64,000 bases of DNA, taken from the NCBI GenBank assembly GCA_963705165.1, contig CAVPJD010000012.1, positions 1 through 64,000 on the forward strand, in the 5' to 3' direction. The translations under genes were made by a program, and so were the position numbers. This stretch comes from an uncultured delta proteobacterium. GTDB lineage: Bacteria > Desulfobacterota > Syntrophia > Syntrophales > UBA2192. Shown here piece after piece: positions 27,370-36,587 of this stretch. The notes below the pieces were generated by a model, which saw nothing but the letters and a program-made list of their open reading frames with translations, ran no database searches and had not been told where the DNA came from. Within the stretch, counting starts at the first letter, position 1, and every line of letters starts with the position of its first letter.

Positions 27370-29463
27370 ATGCACAAGTTCATGGACCCCGCATCCGTTG
27401 CGCTCATCGGCACGCCACGCAGGACGGGCGCGGGCGCTTTCAACAATGCCGAAATGATGCTCCGCTACGGCTTCAAGGGCCGCATCTACCCGGTGAACCC
27501 GGCCGGCGGGGAGATCCTGGGGTTGAAGGTCTATTGCGCCGTCGCCGAGATCCCCGAGTCGGTCGACCTTGCAGTCATCTCCGTGGGACGCGACCGGGTG
27601 CCGGCCGCCTTCGAGGACTGCATCCGGGCGGGGCTCAAGCGAGTCATCATCATCAGCCAGGGCTTTGCCGACGCCGACGAGCGGGGACGCGGGCTGCAGG
27701 ATCAAATCGCCAGCCGGGCACGCGAGACAGGGGTCCGCGTGATGGGCCCCAACACACTGGGTGTCGTCAACAACTACCGCCATCTCAACACGGCTTTCGT
27801 CGAGATCCCCTTCCCCGAGAGGTTCCTGCCCGTCTCCCTCATCGCCCAGACGGGCTTCATCCAGGTGGCCTCGCGCAACCTCGCCTGGCGCGACATCGGG
27901 AAGGCCATCGATGTGGGCAACTCCTGCGACGTCGACATCGCGGACGCCCTCGACTACCTCGGGGACGACCCCGAGACGCAGGTGATCTTCATCCACATGG
28001 AGGGCCTGAAGCGCGGCCCCGAGTTCCTGGAAGCGGCGGGCCGGGTGAGCCGGAAAAAGCCCGTCATCGTACTCAAGACAGGCCACAGCACGGTGGGGGC
28101 CAAAGCGGCGCTGTCCCACTCGGGCTCCCTCGTGGGGGAAGACCATGTCTACGAGGCCGTCTTCAAGAGGGCCGGCGTCATTCGCGTCCGCACGAGCGCC
28201 GAGATGCGCGATGCCATCCACGCCCTGGCCGTTCTCGGCGAGATGAAGGGCCCCAGAATCGGCGTCGTCACCGTCACCGGGGCCGGTGGCATCATGTGTG
28301 CCGATGCCTGCGAGAAGTTGGGCCTCACCTTCGGGGAGATGCCGGCCGGACTCCGGGAGGAGCTCCTGAAGGGGCTGCCCGACTGGGTTCACGTATCGAA
28401 CCCCATCGACATCTGGCCCATCGGCATGCTCGGCAATCGCTACGAGGAAGCCTACAGGCTGTCGCTCACGGAGCTTCTCAAATCGCCCTGCATCGACGGG
28501 GTGATGGCCATTTTCTTCGTGACGAGCGCGCCGCTGCACGCGGAGTTGAGCCTCGATAAGGCCTTCGCCGAGGCGAGGCGCGAGTCGGGAAACCTCAAGC
28601 CGATCGCCACGTGGCCCTACATGGAAAGTACTACCGCCATCGACCGCTTCGAGGCGATCCCGGGCCTCGCCTGCTTCGATACGATCGAGCAGGCCGTCCA
28701 GGGGCTATCCTATTGCCATCAAACCCACCGGATGAAGAACCGCCACAGACCACAGCCCCGGTCCTTCGCCGTCGATGAGGACTATGCGGGACTACTTGCC
28801 GCCAAGGGGAAAAGGGACGGCCTGCTGGTCGGGCAGGACGCCCTGGGGCTGCTCGCGAGTTACGGCATCCCCGCGGCGGCCGGGACCGAGGCCAGGAGCC
28901 TCGCGGCTCTCCGAGCGGCGGCAAAAAACATGAGGCCCCCCTTCGTGCTGAAGCTTGCGGGCCGCAGCTTCCTGCACAAGAGCGAATGGGGCGGGATCGT
29001 GACGGGAATCGGCAATCTCGGCAAATTGAAAGCGGCCCGGGAGAAGATCGTGGCAAACGTCCGGGCTAAGGAGCCGGCCGTTGCGATCGATGCCTTCCAG
29101 ATCCAGGAGCAGCTCGCCGGCAAAGAGATCCTCCTGGGACTCAAGCGCGACCCGGTTTTCGGACACGTCATGGCCTGCGGCCAGGGCGGCATCTACACGG
29201 AGGTCTTTCGGGACGTAAGCCGCGAGATCGTCCCCGTCGACGGGCCCACCGCCCGGGGCATGATCGAGTCACTGCGGATCTGGCCGCTTCTCAAAGGTAC
29301 GAGGGGCGAGCCGGGTGTCGACATCGACGGCCTCGTCGAGATCATCGAGAGGCTGTCGTTCTTCGCCTCGCAGAACCCGGATGTGGCCGAGCTCGACATC
29401 AATCCCCTCATGGCCTCCGCCGAGGGGTGCCGTGCCGTCGACGCGAGGATCATCTGGAGATAA
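27370..29463 (+). CDS. NDP-forming acyl-CoA synthetase (acetate--CoA ligase family, fused alpha/beta)
   Basis: CoA-binding domain (YPVNP, GPNTLG), phospho-His motif SHSGSL, NPID, ATP-grasp HKSEWGG and ELDINPL. Confidence 0.9.
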   Translation: MHKFMDPASVALIGTPRRTGAGAFNNAEMMLRYGFKGRIYPVNPAGGEILGLKVYCAVAEIPESVDLAVISVGRDRVPAAFEDCIRAGLKRVIIISQGFADADERGRGLQDQIASRARETGVRVMGPNTLGVVNNYRHLNTAFVEIPFPERFLPVSLIAQTGFIQVASRNLAWRDIGKAIDVGNSCDVDIADALDYLGDDPETQVIFIHMEGLKRGPEFLEAAGRVSRKKPVIVLKTGHSTVGAKAALSHSGSLVGEDHVYEAVFKRAGVIRVRTSAEMRDAIHALAVLGEMKGPRIGVVTVTGAGGIMCADACEKLGLTFGEMPAGLREELLKGLPDWVHVSNPIDIWPIGMLGNRYEEAYRLSLTELLKSPCIDGVMAIFFVTSAPLHAELSLDKAFAEARRESGNLKPIATWPYMESTTAIDRFEAIPGLACFDTIEQAVQGLSYCHQTHRMKNRHRPQPRSFAVDEDYAGLLAAKGKRDGLLVGQDALGLLASYGIPAAAGTEARSLAALRAAAKNMRPPFVLKLAGRSFLHKSEWGGIVTGIGNLGKLKAAREKIVANVRAKEPAVAIDAFQIQEQLAGKEILLGLKRDPVFGHVMACGQGGIYTEVFRDVSREIVPVDGPTARGMIESLRIWPLLKGTRGEPGVDIDGLVEIIERLSFFASQNPDVAELDINPLMASAEGCRAVDARIIWR

Positions 29464-29538
29464 AATTCATGGTTGATATTGAGGAGTTCTTCCCGAACAT
29501 GTCAGATTTATTAGACAGGCAACACCATACCGCACTAG

Positions 29539-29601
29539 TGTCATTCCCGCGAAGGCGGGAATCCACAAATGACTGGATACCGGATCAAGTCCGGTATGAC
29601 A
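29539..29601. repeat. REP/RPE-like palindrome (dRS3-like ATTCCC-N8-GGGAAT core)
   Basis: tgtcattcccgcgaaggcgggaatcca...tggataccggatcaagtccggtatgaca. Confidence 0.8.
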
Positions 29602-29655
29602 TGGTTGCGATGTTTAGTTGCCGCAGTAATAAATAAAAAAGGAGAGGACATCGTC

Positions 29656-30948
29656 ATGGAGAATTGGAAACAACTGTACAACAGCAAGCTTGTCAGTGTT
29701 AAAGAAGCCGCAGCCAGGGTCGCCCCCGGAGATAGAATCTGGTGCTCTCCCTGCGAAGGAGCGCCGTTTCAACTCATGGAGGCGCTGGCGGAAAGGAAGG
29801 ATGAGCTCCACGATGTCCACGTGATCTCGGCGCTGGCTCTTTATCCATTCAAGTTCCTGCAGTCCCCCGACTACATCGGACGGATCAACTACCATACCGT
29901 ATTCTATGGAGGCTATGAGAGAGCCTTCAACAAAGCGGGAAATGTAAGCGTCAATTCGGTTCATTTCTCTAAGGTTCATATTGCCCTCAAATCTTATTAC
30001 CGGATCAACACCCTCATGGCCGATGTTTCCCTGCCCGATGCGGATGGATACCTCTACTACGGACCCATCGGCGCTGCCTGGAACGGCACAGCCGAAGAGA
30101 TTGCGGACAAGATCATCGTTCAGGTGAACAGGCATCAGCCAAGAGTCAACGGGATCGAGCACCGCGTCCATGTGAGCAAGGTCAGCTGCATTTGCGAGCA
30201 CGATCATCCCCTGCCCCCTTTACCCCAGGACGCCCCGGGGGAGATCGACAACAGGATCGCCGATTTTGTTGTGCCGCAGATACCGGATGGCGCCACCATT
30301 CAGATCGGGCTCGGTGCGCTCTCAAACGCCATTGGATACAAGCTGGAGAAGAAAAAAAACCTGTCCGTGCACACGGAAATGTTTACGGACTCCATGATGG
30401 AGCTGGTTAAGAAGGGCGTAATTAACGGCAAGATGGTCGCGGGTTTCGGTCTGGGCAGCGAGGCGCTTTACAACTTCATCGGTGAAGGCAAGGTCGAGTT
30501 GACACCGATTCGCATGGTCAACGATCCAAGGGAGATTGCCAAGGTCGATCAGATAATGTCCGTCAATGTGACGCTCATGGTGGACCTTACCGGCCAAGCC
30601 TGCTCGGAGTCTATCGGCTTCCTGCAGTACAGCTCCACAGGAGGACAAGCGGACTTCGTCCGCGGCGCCGCCCTGTCGAATGGCGGCAAGAGTTTCCTTT
30701 GCCTTCCCTCAACCGCGAAAATGAAGGACGGAAAAATCATTTCATCGATCACAGCCGCGTTTCCCCCGGGCGCTGTGGTAACCACCTCAAGATCCGATAT
30801 CATGTATGTCGTCACCGAGTATGGCATTGCCGATCTGTTCTGCAAGCCGATCAAGGAGCGGGTAAAGGCCTTGATCGCCATTGCCCATCCAGACTTCCGT
30901 GATCAATTGGGGAGAGAGGCCGTTGAACTGGGCTTGATCAAGAGTTGA
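29656..30948 (+). CDS. Acetyl-CoA hydrolase/transferase (4-hydroxybutyrate CoA-transferase-like)
   Basis: IPDGATIQIGLG, catalytic HTEM, GGQADFVRGA and VVTEYGIADL motifs. Confidence 0.92.
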   Translation: MENWKQLYNSKLVSVKEAAARVAPGDRIWCSPCEGAPFQLMEALAERKDELHDVHVISALALYPFKFLQSPDYIGRINYHTVFYGGYERAFNKAGNVSVNSVHFSKVHIALKSYYRINTLMADVSLPDADGYLYYGPIGAAWNGTAEEIADKIIVQVNRHQPRVNGIEHRVHVSKVSCICEHDHPLPPLPQDAPGEIDNRIADFVVPQIPDGATIQIGLGALSNAIGYKLEKKKNLSVHTEMFTDSMMELVKKGVINGKMVAGFGLGSEALYNFIGEGKVELTPIRMVNDPREIAKVDQIMSVNVTLMVDLTGQACSESIGFLQYSSTGGQADFVRGAALSNGGKSFLCLPSTAKMKDGKIISSITAAFPPGAVVTTSRSDIMYVVTEYGIADLFCKPIKERVKALIAIAHPDFRDQLGREAVELGLIKS

Positions 30949-31051
30949 GTGTTTACGGGTGGAGAAAAATAGTAGCGTGATAAAGTAGCGCTGCGAACAT
31001 AAGGGGGAAATCAGTCTCGATTTTCCCCTTAATTCTTTTCCCTTTGATTTC

Positions 31052-31576
31052 CTACCGGATGTGCACGAGGTTGTTCTTTTTGGGGGGTTCGACGACGATG
31101 CCGACCCTGAGCTTCCGGTCGTCCTCCGACACATAGTACCAGCGTTTCTCCAGCTCCTCTTTCGTCAGGTACCCGTAGCTGCCGAAGGGCAGGCCGGAAT
31201 CCATGAAGACGACCCGGTTGTCGTCATGGCCGATGGCCAGACTGTAGTGGCCGTAATTGGTGAGGCCTTCGTACTTGTCCTCCCGCTTGCTGCGGCTCCA
31301 GGCCTGGATGATCAGGATGACCGGGATTTCAGTGTCGATGAAATTCATGAGCGAATCGACCGTCATGTCGTAGGTCATCCAGGCGCGGAAAGCCTTGTTG
31401 TTGAGAAAACTCACGATGTCCTTCTCTTCCGTCCCGATCTTGCCCACGTTCAGCTCTTTGCACAACCGCGTGTACTGGTGCTTGATGTTGTGCTTGCGCA
31501 GGATGGACGAAACGATTGCCGCACCGCAGTCATCCCTGGTTTTTTGCGTGACGGTCGGATAGGGGTGCAGGATCAT
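31052..31576 (-). CDS. Stand-alone peptidase C39-like protein
   Basis: QKTRDDCGAA (Q...C), GHYSLAIG (H) and VFMDS (D) form a catalytic triad pattern. Confidence 0.8.
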   Translation of the reverse strand: MILHPYPTVTQKTRDDCGAAIVSSILRKHNIKHQYTRLCKELNVGKIGTEEKDIVSFLNNKAFRAWMTYDMTVDSLMNFIDTEIPVILIIQAWSRSKREDKYEGLTNYGHYSLAIGHDDNRVVFMDSGLPFGSYGYLTKEELEKRWYYVSEDDRKLRVGIVVEPPKKNNLVHIR

Positions 31577-31670
31577 GGGTGCTTCTCTCCTTTCGGGTCC
31601 GGCAGTCACACAGGGGATCGATGCCGACCCCGCAGGTGGCCGGGTCATTTACGGCCTATATCATAACGAC

Positions 31671-31698
31671 CGGGGGCGCTTCCCGCAAGCCCCGCCTT
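31671..31698 (+). mobile_element. Truncated left end of the IS200/IS605-like element, copy 3
   Basis: ACGAC|cgggggcgcttcccgcaagccccgcctt matches the first 28 nt of copies 1 and 2. Confidence 0.6.
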
Positions 31699-31756
31699 GT
31701 TTGTGAAAATAAGCATATGATTACAAGCATTTAAATGGGGGACAGCAACAGACGGC

Positions 31757-31784
31757 TTGCTTTGGACCCCTATCGTGTTATAAT
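31757..31784 (+). promoter_or_regulatory. Sigma70 promoter TTGCTT-N16-TATAAT with extended -10 TG
   Basis: Perfect -10 box upstream of the alpha/beta hydrolase gene. Confidence 0.6.
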
Positions 31785-31912
31785 TCTTCATTATTCAACC
31801 CCGGCGCAGCGGAAAAGGGGCTTGAGAATTGCAGCGACCGTGCCGATAGGTTATGTGATAACCGCGAAGTGCCGATGAGAGGTTTTCGCAAGACACGTGG
31901 GGAAAGGAAAAG

Positions 31913-33001
31913 ATGATGCGGCAGCTGATCTCGATGATCCTGGCAGGGATGACGATTCTGGGGCTTGCGGCGGCCGGCGATGTGTCCGCCTTCTTCCGCG
32001 CCGACGCGTGGGTGGAAAGCGAACCCGGCATACAGATATTTGTCCGTGAAATCAGGGCCTCCATGAAGGAAGAGGTGGGGACCCCCGTGCTCCTCATCCA
32101 CGGGGGCGGCCCGGGGAGCCTTCCCAACTTCGACCCCACGGTTCCGAACTACTCCCTGGCCGAGGATATCGCCAGCGTGGGTCACATCGTCTATATGATG
32201 GACGTGCGCGGTTTCGGCAACTCCTCAAAGCCGGCGGCCCTGGATTCGACGGATGCGAAGGCGCCGCCCGCGGTAAGCTCCGATGAGGCCGTGAAGGACA
32301 TCTCGGCCGTCGTGGACTGGATCCTGCGCCGCAGCAGGGAAAGCAAGGCGGCCCTTGTGGGCCTCGGCGCGGGCGGGAACTGGGCCGCCCTGTACACGAC
32401 AAAAAGCAGCGACAAGGTGAGCCACCTGGTCCTGGTCAACGCCCTGTACGGCGTCAAGGCGCCATGGAAGCCGGGCAAGGCCTTCGAGGACCCGAAGAAC
32501 CCCGGAGCGTTCAACCCCTGGGCCGGCGCATTCTATCTGGCCGATGCGAGAGGGCTCATGGCCGACTGGGACGGGGCCATCCCCGGCGGGGACAAGTCGG
32601 TGTGGCGCGACCCGCGCGTGGCCGTGGCCTACGTGAAGCTGGCGCTTGCCGGTGACGCGACGGCGAACACGCGCACACCGCCCGGCATCCGCATCCCGGG
32701 GGCTTTTCGCAAGGAACACTTCGAGATGTCGCAGGGGAAGAAATTCTGGGACGCGAAGGACATCCTCGTGCCGACGCTCTACGTGCGGGGGACCCTCGAT
32801 GACTGGTCGCGGCCGGAAGACCTGCAGTCCCTTCATGCAGAGCTTATCAATGCACCGCAAAAACAGTTCGTCGTGATTCACGACGCCACGCACTTCCTCC
32901 ACCTCGACCGGCCGGAGAAGGGGCGCGCGGCCTTCATCCAGGAGCTGCTCGTGTTCCTCGGCAACCGCCTGCCGGCGGACAAAGCGGGCAAGAAGAAATG
33001 A
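31913..33001 (+). CDS. Secreted alpha/beta hydrolase fold protein with non-canonical nucleophile elbow
   Basis: Signal peptide; LLIHGG, DVRGFGNS, GLGAGG elbow and ATHFLH. Confidence 0.85.
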   Translation: MMRQLISMILAGMTILGLAAAGDVSAFFRADAWVESEPGIQIFVREIRASMKEEVGTPVLLIHGGGPGSLPNFDPTVPNYSLAEDIASVGHIVYMMDVRGFGNSSKPAALDSTDAKAPPAVSSDEAVKDISAVVDWILRRSRESKAALVGLGAGGNWAALYTTKSSDKVSHLVLVNALYGVKAPWKPGKAFEDPKNPGAFNPWAGAFYLADARGLMADWDGAIPGGDKSVWRDPRVAVAYVKLALAGDATANTRTPPGIRIPGAFRKEHFEMSQGKKFWDAKDILVPTLYVRGTLDDWSRPEDLQSLHAELINAPQKQFVVIHDATHFLHLDRPEKGRAAFIQELLVFLGNRLPADKAGKKK

Positions 33002-33009
33002 AGACAGCG

Positions 33010-33044
33010 AGACCCGGCCGCCTCAGGGAGGGCCGGGTCTTCTT
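33010..33044. terminator. Hairpin terminator between convergent genes
   Basis: agacccggcc...ggccgggtct followed by tctt. Confidence 0.7.
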
Positions 33045-33066
33045 CGTTTGAGCAACCCGCGTCGTC

Positions 33067-33417
33067 TTACTCGTATTCCTTGGGTACGGCGCAGATCATG
33101 ACCATGGGGTCTTTGGCCGAAGCGTTCTTGTACTGGTGCTTCTCGTCGGGCAGCACCAGGACGAATTCGCCCTTCTTCACGGGACGCTCGCCGCCGGCCT
33201 CATCCACCACGACTCCCTCGCCCTCGATGATGTAGTTCATGTGCTCCACGCTGTGGGTGTGGTAAGGCGTGTGGCCGCCGGGCAGGATCGTGAATACCCG
33301 GAAGGAGAAATTGGGTGCGCCGTCATTTTTTGACAGGGGCACCTGCTTCAGGACATCCTTTGCCCCTTCCATCGTCATCTTTACCTTCTCAATCTTATCG
33401 AGACCTGTTATCTTCAT
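33067..33417 (-). CDS. Cupin domain protein
   Basis: PGGHTPYHTHSVEH...GEG...PDEKHQY; AGGGAGG RBS. Confidence 0.9.
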   Translation of the reverse strand: MKITGLDKIEKVKMTMEGAKDVLKQVPLSKNDGAPNFSFRVFTILPGGHTPYHTHSVEHMNYIIEGEGVVVDEAGGERPVKKGEFVLVLPDEKHQYKNASAKDPMVMICAVPKEYE

Positions 33418-33469
33418 CGTGTCCTCCCTGTAAGGTGCTATCCATTGATTATAGGGGAAGGAAGCCATT

Positions 33470-34417
33470 ATGCAAAGGATATTTCAATCCACCCTGGCGA
33501 AACGATCCCTCCTCCTGGCAGTAGCCTGCCTGCTGCTCACGACCTGCCCGGCATTCGGGGAAGGCGGCCAGGGGAAGGACGCCCCGTTGTCGCTTCGCCA
33601 CGACGGCCGGGTGCGGACGTACCTCGTCCACCTGCCGGCATCCTACAGCAAGGACAAGGCCTGGCCCGTGGTCCTCGTTCTGCACGGCGGGGGCGGCCAC
33701 GGGGAGCAGATGGCGGAGATGACGGGCTTCAGCCGCAAGGCGGACCGGGAGGGCTTCATCGCCGTCTACCCCAACGGCTCGGGGCGCTGGCAGACCCGCT
33801 TCCTCACCTGGAACTCCGGCAACTGCTGCGCCTGGGCCTATGAGAACCGGATCGACGATGCGGGCTTCATCCGTGCCCTGATCGGAAAGCTGAAGCAGGA
33901 TTACGCCGTGGACGGCAGACGTGTCTTCGCCACGGGGATCTCCAACGGCGCCATGATGAGCTACCGTCTTGCCTGCGAGCTCTCGGATCTGATCGCCGCG
34001 ATCGGGGCCGTGGCGGGCGCACAGAACATCGAGTGCAGACCGGTACAGCCCGTCTCCGTGGTCATCCTGCACGGTACGGCGGACCTGCACGTCCTCTACA
34101 AAGGGGGTGCGCCCCTTCGCATGGTCGATGTCCGTAACCCGAGGGTCGACCGTCCCGTCTCGGAGGCCGTGGCCTTCTGGGTGAAGCACAACCGCTGCGG
34201 GGAATCCCCCGCGAAAGAAAACAAAGGCAAGGTGGCCGTCGAAAGCTACGGAGGCTGCGCGGCGGGCACGGCCGTGACCCTCTACACCCTCCAGGACGAG
34301 GGACACACCTGGCCCGGCGGCACGAAGTGGGCCTTCTGGGCCGATGAGCCCTCCCGCGAGATCTCCGCCACCGACGTGACCTGGGAGTTCTTCAAGGATC
34401 ACCCGAGGCGTAACTGA
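33470..34417 (+). CDS. Secreted esterase, PHB depolymerase/LpqP-like
   Basis: LHGGGG, VYPNG, WNSGNCC, GISNGA nucleophile and GHTWPG. Confidence 0.88.
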   Translation: MQRIFQSTLAKRSLLLAVACLLLTTCPAFGEGGQGKDAPLSLRHDGRVRTYLVHLPASYSKDKAWPVVLVLHGGGGHGEQMAEMTGFSRKADREGFIAVYPNGSGRWQTRFLTWNSGNCCAWAYENRIDDAGFIRALIGKLKQDYAVDGRRVFATGISNGAMMSYRLACELSDLIAAIGAVAGAQNIECRPVQPVSVVILHGTADLHVLYKGGAPLRMVDVRNPRVDRPVSEAVAFWVKHNRCGESPAKENKGKVAVESYGGCAAGTAVTLYTLQDEGHTWPGGTKWAFWADEPSREISATDVTWEFFKDHPRRN

Positions 34418-34503
34418 CACCGGCGGCCGCGTTTTCCGCTATTGACCCTCCACCCCGTTCCCTGTAAATTGGTTCTCGCAAAGACCACACCCGGGAGAAA
34501 GCC

Positions 34504-34995
34504 ATGCGTAAAAACCTGCTCGTCCTCATGCTTGCCGGGGTTTTCCTCATCGGGATTGCCGCCTCTGCCCCGGTTGCCGAGGCGGGAGCGGAAAACGACA
34601 AGCTCAAGGTCAAGGTGGGGCCCTTCTTCATCCAGGAATCGGAAAAGAAGATCAACCTCGAGGGCACCACCCCCCATGTCGTGCGAAAGGGAAAGCGGAT
34701 CAACATCACCGTGACGATCGAGAACTACGGCAAGGAGAAATCCGAGCCTGTCCGGCTTAAATACGTGGAAACGGGCAAGAAGGCGGGCGAACCCCGCTTC
34801 TACAGGGTCCAGGCGATCGAGCCCGGAAAGAAATGGGAGAGGACCTTCATGGCCCGCTTCGACGAATCGGGCCGCAAGTCGGTTACGGCAACCCTTGTCA
34901 CATTGGAGAACCAGCCCCTGGCCGATGAAAAGGGAAAGCCCCGGCCCGACACGTCGCACACGGGCTCTGTCACCTTGACCGTGAAGGAGATGTAA
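34504..34995 (+). CDS. Secreted hypothetical protein (Ig/CARDB-like beta-rich)
   Basis: Signal peptide; ITVTIENYG...IEPG pattern. Confidence 0.65.
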   Translation: MRKNLLVLMLAGVFLIGIAASAPVAEAGAENDKLKVKVGPFFIQESEKKINLEGTTPHVVRKGKRINITVTIENYGKEKSEPVRLKYVETGKKAGEPRFYRVQAIEPGKKWERTFMARFDESGRKSVTATLVTLENQPLADEKGKPRPDTSHTGSVTLTVKEM

Positions 34996-35018
34996 GGCGG
35001 GGGCTGAGAGGTGTCATC

Positions 35019-35273
35019 ATGGACGCGCCAACATTAATCGGATCGCTGGGAGTGGCCCTGCTGCTCCTGGCTTTTTTTCTGAGCCTTTTCAAATTCATCG
35101 CCCAGGACGGGTTCGCCTACATCGGGATGAACATCGCCGGCGCGGGGCTTGCGTGCTGGTCCTCGTGGGTCATCGCCTTCATGCCCTTCGTCGTCCTCGA
35201 GGCCGTCTGGTGCCTGGTGGCCGTGGCGGCCCTCGTGAAGTCGCTCCGCTCGCCCCACGCGCAGGCATCCTGA
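35019..35273 (+). CDS. Small membrane protein (CBU_0592-like)
   Basis: IGSLGVALLLLAF...MNIAGA...PFVVLEAVW. Confidence 0.75.
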   Translation: MDAPTLIGSLGVALLLLAFFLSLFKFIAQDGFAYIGMNIAGAGLACWSSWVIAFMPFVVLEAVWCLVAVAALVKSLRSPHAQAS

Positions 35274-35288
35274 AAGGAGATGCAGCCC

Positions 35289-35603
35289 ATGGACAACCCG
35301 AACCTCTTTACGGCCCTGGCTTACTATACGGTCTCGGGCTTCCTCGACCCGATCCAGTGGCTGCTCTGCGGCATTTGCGGCTGGTCGGTGGAGAGGCTCG
35401 ACCAGTCCATGATCGCCGGGGCCGCCATGGTCAGCGTGCTCTACATCGCGATGGCCGCGTTCTATCCCGACGGAAAGCTCTTCTCCTTCCCGACTCCCCA
35501 CGTGGGGATCGCCATCCTGGGGAAGGCGATCGGAGCCGTCCTGATGACGGGGCTCATTCACTGGCTCAAGCAGAGACAACTCAATCGCAAGACACGAAGC
35601 TAG
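35289..35603 (+). CDS. Hypothetical membrane protein
   Basis: AAAGGAG RBS; hydrophobic segments. Confidence 0.65.
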   Translation: MDNPNLFTALAYYTVSGFLDPIQWLLCGICGWSVERLDQSMIAGAAMVSVLYIAMAAFYPDGKLFSFPTPHVGIAILGKAIGAVLMTGLIHWLKQRQLNRKTRS

Positions 35604-35651
35604 GAAGAGCGGAAGAAGAGAGAGGCAAAGAAAAATGAAAAAGAACAGAAA

Positions 35652-36341
35652 ATGAAGATCGGCGGATTCCAGAAGGTGTCCCTCATCGACTACCCCGGCA
35701 GGATCAGCGCCGTCGTGTTCACCCAGGGCTGCAATTTCCGCTGCCCCTTCTGCCACAACCCCGAGCTGGTGGACCCGGAGCGCTTCGAGGGCCTGATTCC
35801 GGAGCCGGAGATCCTCGCGTTTCTCGAGAAGCGCAAGGGGCGTCTCGATGCCGTCGTCATCACGGGAGGCGAGCCGACCCTGCAGCCCGAGCTGATCCCC
35901 TTCATCATCCGCCTCAAGGTGATGGGCTACCGGATCAAGCTCGACACCAACGGGGCCCTTCCCGACGTGCTCGAGGAGATGCTCGGCCGCAAGCTCCTGG
36001 ATTACGTGGCCATGGACATCAAGGCACCCCTGGAGCGTTACGGCGAGGTGACCAAGACGAAGACGGACGGCCAGCGGATTCTCAAGAGCATCTCCCGCAT
36101 CATGGGCTCCGGCGTCGATTATGAGTTCCGGACGACGGCCGTCAAGTCCCTGCTCGGCCCGGGGGAGCTCGAAGAGATCGGGCGGCTTGTTCCCGGCGCA
36201 AAGCGATTCGTGCTCCAGAAATTCGTCCCGACGAAGACGCTGGACCGGAGCTACCTCACCGAGTCGTCCTACAGCGACAGCGAGTTGAAGGCGATCGTCG
36301 AGAAACTCGCCGCAACCGTGGAAAAGGCGACACACCGGTAG
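35652..36341 (+). CDS. nrdG: Anaerobic ribonucleotide reductase activating enzyme (radical SAM)
   Basis: SLIDYPG, GCNFRCPFCHNP, TGGEPTL, KLDTNG and YEFRTT motifs. Confidence 0.93.
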   Translation: MKIGGFQKVSLIDYPGRISAVVFTQGCNFRCPFCHNPELVDPERFEGLIPEPEILAFLEKRKGRLDAVVITGGEPTLQPELIPFIIRLKVMGYRIKLDTNGALPDVLEEMLGRKLLDYVAMDIKAPLERYGEVTKTKTDGQRILKSISRIMGSGVDYEFRTTAVKSLLGPGELEEIGRLVPGAKRFVLQKFVPTKTLDRSYLTESSYSDSELKAIVEKLAATVEKATHR

Positions 36342-36350
36342 GCACGGACA

Positions 36351-36434
36351 AGGTATCAGGTATCTGGTATCTGGTTACAGGACCCAGCCCCAGAACCTTC
36401 TTTACCTGACACCTGTAACCTGTAACCTGTCACC
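36351..36434. repeat. Inverted heptamer array (GGTATCW ... CCTGTAA)
   Basis: Same family as 4468-4552; follows the nrdG stop. Confidence 0.75.
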
Positions 36435-36454
36435 TCGAGAAGCCGCACCGCGGC

Positions 36455-36587
36455 ATGACTGGACAGACGCGAATACTTCTGCGCTTTTTCCGCCTCATCG
36501 GGAAAATGTTCTTCCGCGAGATCGTCATTGAAGGGCGGGAGAACCTGCCCGCGTCGGGTCCCTTGATTCTCGCATCGAACCCGCCCG
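36455..36587 (+). pseudogene. N-terminal remnant of a PlsC-like acyltransferase, truncated at the IS
   Basis: MTGQTRILLRFFRLIGKMFFREIVIEGRENLPASGPLILASN breaks off just before the expected His of the NH motif. Confidence 0.7.
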
